Shown here piece by piece: positions 58,501 to 64,000 of a stretch of 64,000 nucleotides of DNA. Positions within the stretch are counted from its first letter, which is position 1. Each line of letters opens with the position of its first letter. Source of the stretch: Polyangiales bacterium (GTDB lineage: Bacteria; Myxococcota_A; Polyangia; Polyangiales; Ga0077539); the NCBI GenBank assembly GCA_044229975.1, contig JBGARZ010000025.1, forward strand, positions 32,001 to 96,000, written 5' to 3'. Under the pieces are notes generated by a model. It saw only the letters and a program-made list of their open reading frames with translations. It made no database searches and had not been told where the DNA came from. A program made the translations under genes and the position numbers.

Positions 58501-58735
58501 TCAGCCCCGGGAGACCGCTCATGGCCGACTCCACCGGGAATGTGATCCGCCGCTCGACGTCCACCGGGCCCAGTGATGGCGCCTGCGTCAACACCTGCAC
58601 CTGCACGTTGGTGATGTCAGGCACGGCGTCGATCGGGAGTCGCAGCACGCTCTGCACGCCGACCGCGACGACCAGCGTGACGAACGCGAGCACCAGCACG
58701 CGCCACTGGAGGCAGAGTTCGAGGAGCTTCTTCAC
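55556..58735 (-). CDS. czcA: CusA/CzcA heavy-metal RND permease (third)
   Basis: GTG start; LPIDAVPD, GAIDFGIVVD, RLRAVVMTA, QRPLATVV. Confidence 0.95.
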   Translation of the reverse strand: MKKLLELCLQWRVLVLAFVTLVVAVGVQSVLRLPIDAVPDITNVQVQVLTQAPSLGPVDVERRITFPVESAMSGLPGLTEVRSVSRFGLSAVTVVFEEGTDLLRARQLISERLVQARERLPDGVSPELGPLSTGLGEIFQFEVRSDRPCAAGQPDTDACHTPMELRSTLDWFIAFQLRSVPGVVEVNAFGGELKTYEVAVLPDRLRALGVSLNDLFQAIERNNATAGGGYLLRAGEQLLVRGEGRIQSLDEIGDVLIETRADGVPVRVRDVARVHLAPMLRQGAVTRDGRGEVVTGIVMMLVGANGREVVESVKARIHEIAPSLPPGVRIDVFYDRGELVRRTIHTVAKNLAEGALFVVAVLFLLLGSLRGGLIVAAAIPFAMLVAFTGMKALGLSGNLMSLGAIDFGIVVDGSIIVVESAVVHLAAAAKGLKRPLTYREAANVVLGSTLDVRRAALFGEAIIVLVYVPILTLAGVEGKMFKPMAITVLFALGGAFIASLTFVPVLVASLMRQKPEEHEPLVVRLLHRVYPRLLAAVMGAPRLVIALCLALLAVTGAVGSSMGAEFVPRLDEGALAIQVMRLPSVSLEESVRGATRFEQVLREFPEVLTVVTKTGRAEIATDPMGVELSDVLVALRPPDEWRTAHTREALIARISARLTEALPGMGFSFSQPIELRMAELISGTRSDVAITLYGDDLGTLERLSGQIQAVARGVPGATDVRGEQLAGLPTLEVTVDRAAASRYGVSVRDALDAIEVIGGRGVGEVYEGERRIRLQVRLPQALRDDMDQVRMLPVSGPSNTLVPLGQIASIQVVDSPASVSREAVRRRTNVEVNVRGRDLAGFVREAQERVRERVHLPPGYVLRWGGQFENLAAASERLAFAVPLALGLIFVLLYMAFGEMKTALLIYLNVPFAAVGGVLLMRARGMPFSISAGIGFIALFGIAVLNGVVLLTTVKKLRAEGRPALEAARKGAESRLRAVVMTATVAALGFIPMALSSSAGGEVQRPLATVVIGGLISATFLTLFVLPTVYAYLFRDDVVTPPDEADTETVVPYSTRPSP

Positions 58736-58736
58736 G

Positions 58737-59879
58737 TCAGTCGGCCTCGCCGAGCTCACCGCTCTGGAGCGCGCTCTTGAGCGTGAAGGCCCCGCTGACG
58801 GCGAGGGGAGCGCCCTCCGCCAGACCCGAGCGCACCTCGTGGAGGCCACCGGCCCGGCGCCCCAGCTCGATCGCCTGCGGTCGAAATGTGCCAGGTCCGC
58901 TCCCGGGCACGAAGACCGTCGGTTGCCCCTCGACGATCGCCACCGCGTCGATCGGGACCACCAGCACTCGCTCGTCGGAGACGCCCCCCACGAGCTCGAC
59001 GCTCCCGAAGAGGCCGCTTCGCAGGCGTGGGTCCGGGTTCGCGAGCGCGACGCGGATGGGGAGAGACCTCGTGCGTTCGTCCAACGCCGGCGCGACGTAG
59101 ACGATCGTGCCGGGCAGCGCGTGGTCCGGGAAGGCATGCAGCCGAACGATCGCTGCGTTGCCGATCGAGACCCGCCCGAGCTCCAGCTCCGGCACGTCTC
59201 CGCGCACCCAGACGCGGGTTGGGTCGGTGACGACGAAGACTGCGCGGTCGGGGCTCGCGGTCTCACCGAGCGCCGCCTGCACGGCCACCACGACGCCGTC
59301 GATCGGTGACCGCAGTTGCAGCTCCCCCGCGGTCCCCGACCCGAAGAGCGCGAGCTGGCGCTGGGTCCCCTCGACTTCGGCGCGCAGCTCGCCGACCTGC
59401 GCCTCGGCGTCGATGACCGCGCGTTGGGCGCCGATGCCCTCGGTGGACAGCGCACGTTGGCGACGGAGCGTGGCCTCGGCTGCCGCGAGTCGGGCTCGCG
59501 CTTGCCCCAGCCGCGCGCGAGCGGCGGAGACATCGTTCGATGCGACGACCCCGAGTAGCTCGTTGCGCGTCACCCGCTGCCCGAGCACGACGGCCACGCG
59601 GGTGATCCGCCCGGGGACGAGCGGCCCGACCTGCGCGGTGCTGCTGGGCTCGAACTGCACCTCCGCAGGGATGGCCACGCCGCCGCCGAGCGCGCGCCGT
59701 TCGATCTGTCCGGTGCGGATGCCCGCGAGTCGCATGGCTTCCGGCGTGAGGCGCACCTCGTGCGGCGTCCCTGCTTCCACGGCGGGTTCGGAGCGCGGTG
59801 ATGCTGGTGGGGCGTCGTCGCGGCAGGCGGCGAAGGTGAACGAGAGCGCGATGAGCGCCGCGGACACGAGTCGGGTCAC
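58737..59879 (-). CDS. czcB: RND periplasmic adaptor (third)
   Basis: FAAC lipobox, LRSPIDG, LDERTR, LRSGLF. Confidence 0.9.
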   Translation of the reverse strand: MTRLVSAALIALSFTFAACRDDAPPASPRSEPAVEAGTPHEVRLTPEAMRLAGIRTGQIERRALGGGVAIPAEVQFEPSSTAQVGPLVPGRITRVAVVLGQRVTRNELLGVVASNDVSAARARLGQARARLAAAEATLRRQRALSTEGIGAQRAVIDAEAQVGELRAEVEGTQRQLALFGSGTAGELQLRSPIDGVVVAVQAALGETASPDRAVFVVTDPTRVWVRGDVPELELGRVSIGNAAIVRLHAFPDHALPGTIVYVAPALDERTRSLPIRVALANPDPRLRSGLFGSVELVGGVSDERVLVVPIDAVAIVEGQPTVFVPGSGPGTFRPQAIELGRRAGGLHEVRSGLAEGAPLAVSGAFTLKSALQSGELGEAD

Positions 59880-61321
59880 GGGGAGTTCTCCGGGCTGTGG
59901 TCGTCGGGCCAGAGATCGACGCCAACCGCGCGCTCCAGGTTGGCGAGGGCGACGAAGTAGTCGACCTGTGCGTCGAGTGCGTCGCTCTGGATGCGCAAGA
60001 AGCGCTCGCGCCCGATGGACAGGGCGAGCACGTCGATCTCTCCGAGTTCAAACGATCGACGCAGGAGCGCGAGGTTCTCCTCGAAGCGGGGCAGCACCTC
60101 GGTGCCGTAGCTCCGCAGCCGCTGCGCCGCGGAGGCCACTTCGCTGCGTGCGAGGGCCACCTGCCCGCCGAGGAGCGACAAGGCGGCGGACGCCTCCGCC
60201 TCGGCGATTCCTACGTCTGCGCGAGTTCGCGCTCGCTCACCCTGGTTGCGCTGGAAGCTGGGGATGGGGACCGAGATGGTTCCCATGAAGATGTCGTAGG
60301 CGCCCTCGGAGGTCGGGTTGCCCTCGCGCTGGTACTGCACCCCGATGGTCGGCTGGGGCCAGGACTGGCGGTCGGCGACGGCGACCCGCGACTGCGCCTC
60401 GCGCACGGCGGCATCCCGCGTGCGGAGCGACGGGAGCCGTTGGCGCGCCGTGGCGAGGAGTGCGTCGAGATCCGGGGGATCGCGTGGCGCGTCCACGTCT
60501 CCGAGCGGCACGGGCGGTCTCGCGACGGGCCAGCCGGAGAGCTGCGCGAGCTGGATGCGCGCGCTGAGGTAGGCCTGAGTAGCGGCGACCGTGAGCTGCC
60601 GCGCCTGCGCGACCTCGGCCTGCGTGAGGCGCAGCGTCAGACCAGCGGTCTCTCCGGCGCGGATCTGACGCTCGACGATGCGCAGGAGCTCTTCTTGGAA
60701 GGCGAGGATGCGCGATGCGAGGAGGGCGCGATCACGCTGCACCAGGGCCCGGTGGAAAGCCGCGTGGACGTCGCAATGGACAGCCCACCGGAGCTGGTCG
60801 ATCTCGGCGTCGGTGAGGTCGCGTTGTCGGTCGGCGGCCGTGAGTCGAAGGCCGCGCTCGCCCGCGATGGAGAACTGCTGGGTGACGCTGGCCTGCACGT
60901 CCACGCCGGTGCCCGTCAGGCCGAAGCGCGGACCGACGCTGATGCTGACCTCGGGGTTGGACGGCAGCAGCGGTGAGGCTGCGGTGCGCGCGGCCGCGGC
61001 CCGCGAACGGGTGCTGCGTGCAACGACGAGCACAGGCGCACGAGCGTCGGCGTAGGCGAGGAAGGACGAGAGCTCGACCTCCTCGCGCCCGGTCGGATCG
61101 GCAGGGCTCACCGCTCGGGCGGGCGTCCGTGCCTCGACACCACCGACGGATGTCGGTGGGAAGCGGAGGTGAGGCGCGACGGACTCCGCCCGCTCGATCG
61201 GGGCGGCGCCCGCGCAGGCTCCTACGACGACTGCTGCACAGAGGCCAAGGCACCGCGCGAGGTAACTACTACGACCGATCGTAGGTTGAGGCGCGCGGGA
61301 CGATCGAAGGTTCTTCTTCAT
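59876..61321 (-). CDS. czcC: TolC-family outer membrane factor (third)
   Basis: VGAC lipobox, PSNPE, VPIPSFQRNQG, SFELGEI; start at ATG 61321 is uncertain. Confidence 0.85.
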   Translation of the reverse strand: MKKNLRSSRAPQPTIGRSSYLARCLGLCAAVVVGACAGAAPIERAESVAPHLRFPPTSVGGVEARTPARAVSPADPTGREEVELSSFLAYADARAPVLVVARSTRSRAAAARTAASPLLPSNPEVSISVGPRFGLTGTGVDVQASVTQQFSIAGERGLRLTAADRQRDLTDAEIDQLRWAVHCDVHAAFHRALVQRDRALLASRILAFQEELLRIVERQIRAGETAGLTLRLTQAEVAQARQLTVAATQAYLSARIQLAQLSGWPVARPPVPLGDVDAPRDPPDLDALLATARQRLPSLRTRDAAVREAQSRVAVADRQSWPQPTIGVQYQREGNPTSEGAYDIFMGTISVPIPSFQRNQGERARTRADVGIAEAEASAALSLLGGQVALARSEVASAAQRLRSYGTEVLPRFEENLALLRRSFELGEIDVLALSIGRERFLRIQSDALDAQVDYFVALANLERAVGVDLWPDDHSPENSP

Positions 61322-61326
61322 GGCGT

Positions 61327-62358
61327 TCAGGGGCCGACGAGGAGCGCGGCGGCGCGTTCTGAGGCGCGATGAAGGGTGTCGAGCGGGAGGGTGCCCGCGT
61401 GATGTGGGAGGACCAGCACGACCGCGAGGAGCGCGAACGCAGGGCGGAGTGATGGTGGCGGCGTTGCAGGTCGCGGACGCCGATCGGCATAGGAGAGCAG
61501 AAGCCCCACACGCAACTTGATCGCCTCCGCGTGGGCTGCGCCGAGCGCTGGCTGGGGCGAGGGCGAAGGAGGGCGTGCGGCCGAGATGAGGGCTTGCGCG
61601 AGGGCAGGTGCCGAAGCGCCGGAGACCACCGCCGCGCGGTCGCAGTGGAGCTCGCGGGCCAGCACCCAGCGGGCGAGTTCGTCCCCGAGCATTGCGCGCC
61701 CGAGGGGGTTCACGGCCAGCGCCCATCGTGCCGCGAAGTAGCGGAGCGGGTCCTGGTCGCGGAGGTGTTCGAGCTCGTGGTGCAGGGCCGCGCAGAGCGC
61801 TTCGTCGTCGAGAGCGCGCGCGAAGTCCGTCCGCAGCACCACGCGAGGGACGACGACGCCCAGGGTCGCGATCGGGTCTGCACAGGCGTCCTCCACCATC
61901 ACGAGATCGCGGAGTGGGTGGAGCGCTGGGTGGCGGACGATCAGGGCCTCAACGCGGAGGCGCTGGAGCGCGGAGCCCTCGCTCGGTGTCGGCGACCGCC
62001 ATGATCTCCGCTCTCGGAGGATGCTTGGCACCGCGAGGGCAGTAGTCAGCGCCGACAGAACGAGCGCGAAGCTGATGGCCTCCAGGTTGAACCCGCCGGG
62101 AGCGGCATGTGCGGCGCAGATGAACAAGCGCTCGCCCGGCTCGGCCTGGTGGAGGCTCGCAGAGAGGAACCAGGCCAGCGGAGCCACGCTCGACGCCACG
62201 ATGATCGCGTATCGCAGGGACGATTGCCGAGGGAGACCCGCGGCGGGTTCAAGTCGGTCGAGCACGGCAAGCAGCGTCTTGGCGGTCAGCGCGGAGGCCG
62301 GGAGCGCGAACAGCACGACCAGCACTGGTCCCAGCAACGGGAAGATCGCCTCGTTCAC
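61327..62358 (-). CDS. M56 (BlaR1-type) membrane metallopeptidase (second)
   Basis: HHELEH..QD, ELHCD, C-terminal LH..SE; about 4 TM. Confidence 0.82.
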   Translation of the reverse strand: MNEAIFPLLGPVLVVLFALPASALTAKTLLAVLDRLEPAAGLPRQSSLRYAIIVASSVAPLAWFLSASLHQAEPGERLFICAAHAAPGGFNLEAISFALVLSALTTALAVPSILRERRSWRSPTPSEGSALQRLRVEALIVRHPALHPLRDLVMVEDACADPIATLGVVVPRVVLRTDFARALDDEALCAALHHELEHLRDQDPLRYFAARWALAVNPLGRAMLGDELARWVLARELHCDRAAVVSGASAPALAQALISAARPPSPSPQPALGAAHAEAIKLRVGLLLSYADRRPRPATPPPSLRPAFALLAVVLVLPHHAGTLPLDTLHRASERAAALLVGP

Positions 62359-62777
62359 GAACCGAGTTCCTTGCGGCGCAACTGGATCAGTCGTTCAAGC
62401 TCGTCCAACGCCGCGGAGTCCGCCGAGGAGACAGTCTCGACAAGGAGCGCCAGCGACTCTCGGCCCGCCGGCGCGCCGAGGCTCTCGAAGACCTCGCGCG
62501 CCGTGGATTGGAGGAACTCCTCCCGATCACCGCAGGTCGAGTAGAGGTAGCGCTTGCCGTCGCGCTCGCGGGTGAGGAGGCCCTTCTCGTGCAGCCGCAC
62601 AAGCGTCGTCATCACGGTCGTGTAGGCAACCTCGCGGCGCGTTTCGAGCACGACGAGGACGTCGCTGACCGCGAAGCGCCGCAGCTTGCGCGACCACACG
62701 ATGTCCATGATCTCCGCCTCGAAGTCGTGGAGACGGATCGCGACACCGGTCTGCCCTGGCCGTAGGCGAAAGGTCAT
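62355..62777 (-). CDS. BlaI/MecI/CopY-family repressor (second)
   Basis: EAEIMDIVW, AYTTVMTTLVRLHEKG, KRYLY. Confidence 0.9.
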   Translation of the reverse strand: MTFRLRPGQTGVAIRLHDFEAEIMDIVWSRKLRRFAVSDVLVVLETRREVAYTTVMTTLVRLHEKGLLTRERDGKRYLYSTCGDREEFLQSTAREVFESLGAPAGRESLALLVETVSSADSAALDELERLIQLRRKELGS

Positions 62778-62789
62778 GCTCGGAACGGA

Positions 62790-62810
62790 TCTACTATGGT
62801 GAGTAGTAGA
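62790..62810. promoter_or_regulatory. Putative BlaI-type operator
   Basis: TCTACTATGGTGAGTAGTAGA (CTAC-N8-GTAG) just upstream of the repressor start. Confidence 0.65.
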
Positions 62811-62853
62811 CTGCAACGTCGGCTGCGCGACGCGAGGTGTCCGCTCACTCCGA

Positions 62854-63435
62854 TCACGTAGCGACGCGTGCCCGCGTCCAGACCCACGCCCCTGCGCTCA
62901 CCACCATGGCGCCGCCAAGGAGCCCGGCGAACATACCCAGGGCCTCGCCCAGGAACAGCCCGCTGCACCGCACCGACCCGATCGACACCACGCCAAGCAG
63001 CATCCCGACCCCGGCGCGCGCTCGCTGCCCTGCGTCGCCGCGACGCGGGAGGAGCGCCGCGAGCACCACGCCGAGCGCGACGCCGGCGAGGGCGCAGGTG
63101 CCGGGTCGGGCGCAGCAGTTCTCGCAGACCATCATCCCCGGCGCGCAGCATGGGCGGAGCAGGGACATCGGGAGCAGGAGCGTCGCGAGGCCGCCGAGCA
63201 GGCCCACCTGCGCGCCCCGCAACCACCACCCCCGCCGCCACCCCAGGAAGGTCCAGGCGAGGACGAGGGGTATCAACGTCAGGGGTTGCAGTGCGACGCC
63301 CGTCACGCGCGCCGCGAGAGCCGCGAGCACGAGTACGACGAGCGCGCGCACGAGGCCGTCCCGCGCGAGGCCCCACTCGTAAGCCCGGCGGGCGCGGGCT
63401 TCGAGGGACGACGGGGCGGTCGGATCAGGGGTCAT
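62854..63435 (-). CDS. Cys-rich multi-TM protein, probable anti-sigma (paralog of 20207-20743)
   Basis: RAYEWGL N-terminus; loop CCAPGMMVCENCCARPGTC; GGAGG RBS. Confidence 0.7.
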   Translation of the reverse strand: MTPDPTAPSSLEARARRAYEWGLARDGLVRALVVLVLAALAARVTGVALQPLTLIPLVLAWTFLGWRRGWWLRGAQVGLLGGLATLLLPMSLLRPCCAPGMMVCENCCARPGTCALAGVALGVVLAALLPRRGDAGQRARAGVGMLLGVVSIGSVRCSGLFLGEALGMFAGLLGGAMVVSAGAWVWTRARVAT

Positions 63436-63961
63436 GGTCACCTCCCAGGAGGGCGCGGATTCGTGCGTAGGCGCGAGACAGTCGCTTGCGGTACGTGGCG
63501 GGAGCGATCGGCGGAGGAGCCGCCTCCCCGAGGAGGACGGCGACGGCCTCGGCCGATGTCGGGTCGAGCGCGTCCACGCATTGCTGGAGCGCCCGGCGCA
63601 GTTCGTGGTCGGCGAGCGCGTCGTCCGCCTGGGCTTCCGCGTTCGGGTGGTGCTCCGGCACGGCGCTCTCGACGGTGCGGGTGCGGCGGAGCTCAGCACG
63701 GACCTCGTTGGCCACCACGGCGTAGAACCAGGGCAACACCGGGCGGCCGGGGGTGAAGGCGGTGGCGCGGGTGAAGAGCTTGAGCATGGCGGCCTGTGCG
63801 ACCTCATCAGCGCGTGCGGGCTCCAAGCGTCGACCGGCCGCCCGGAGAGCGCGCGGGTGGAGCGCGCGGAACAGGGGCGTGAACGCTCCGCGCTCGCCCT
63901 CGCAAAGGCGGACCATCAGGTCGTCGAGCTCGGCCTCCGAGGCTTCGCGGGGCGGAGGCAC
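63425..63961 (-). CDS. ECF sigma factor (paralog of 20730-21263)
   Basis: MVRLCEGERGAF, ADEVAQ, WFYAVV, YRKRLSRA. Confidence 0.82.
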   Translation of the reverse strand: MPPPREASEAELDDLMVRLCEGERGAFTPLFRALHPRALRAAGRRLEPARADEVAQAAMLKLFTRATAFTPGRPVLPWFYAVVANEVRAELRRTRTVESAVPEHHPNAEAQADDALADHELRRALQQCVDALDPTSAEAVAVLLGEAAPPPIAPATYRKRLSRAYARIRALLGGDHDP

Positions 63962-64000
63962 GCGGGCGTCGGGTCAGCCTGCGCGGTGGCGGCCCTGGCA

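Noticed and set aside
55556..59533. 1325-aa ORF suggesting an extended or fused CzcA
   Set aside because: The first ~265 aa are an alternate frame over the adaptor gene; the real start is GTG 58735

Overview
Very GC-rich bacterial DNA; the sigma54 systems, ECF sigmas and Cys-rich lipoproteins suggest a myxobacterium-like organism (inference only). The whole window looks like an accessory metal/metalloid/sulfur-stress island. From left to right: (1) ~1-10.5 kb, a two-component/sigma54 block (two paralogous histidine kinases, two receivers, a ClC-CBS-TrkA_C channel, a methyltransferase, a small lipoprotein, a Fis-type activator and an lgt paralog), in which four intergenic regions carry the same tandem GGA-N5-TCC palindrome upstream of a -24/-12 promoter. 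(2) A persulfide dioxygenase/rhodanese/TauE-YeeE sulfur operon, divergent from DUF302. (3) An arsenic block (arsM-sigZ; marR-aquaporin-arsC-arsH). (4) MerR, ECF/anti-sigma and MerT-like genes. (5) A CadA-type ATPase divergent from an ArsR-czcBAC operon and cadD. (6) A second sulfur operon (ArsR-rhodanese, MBL, MFS, truncated cysteine synthase, cysteine desulfurase). (7) ArsR-SRPBCC-AhpD and hemerythrin-DoxX-chrA. (8) Two more HME-RND operons, each led by a BlaI-type repressor and an M56 peptidase. The outer-membrane factor gene of one of these is split by a 3647-bp element (48116-51762) with imperfect TG...CA terminal inverted repeats and a 6-bp target duplication; it encodes two different DDE integrase-core proteins in tandem and no ATPase. 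The most notable items are that dual-DDE element, the BlaI/M56 metal-efflux regulators and the GGA-N5-TCC sigma54 regulon. No rRNA, tRNA or CRISPR array was recognised. All family calls come from motif recognition by eye, without database searches.
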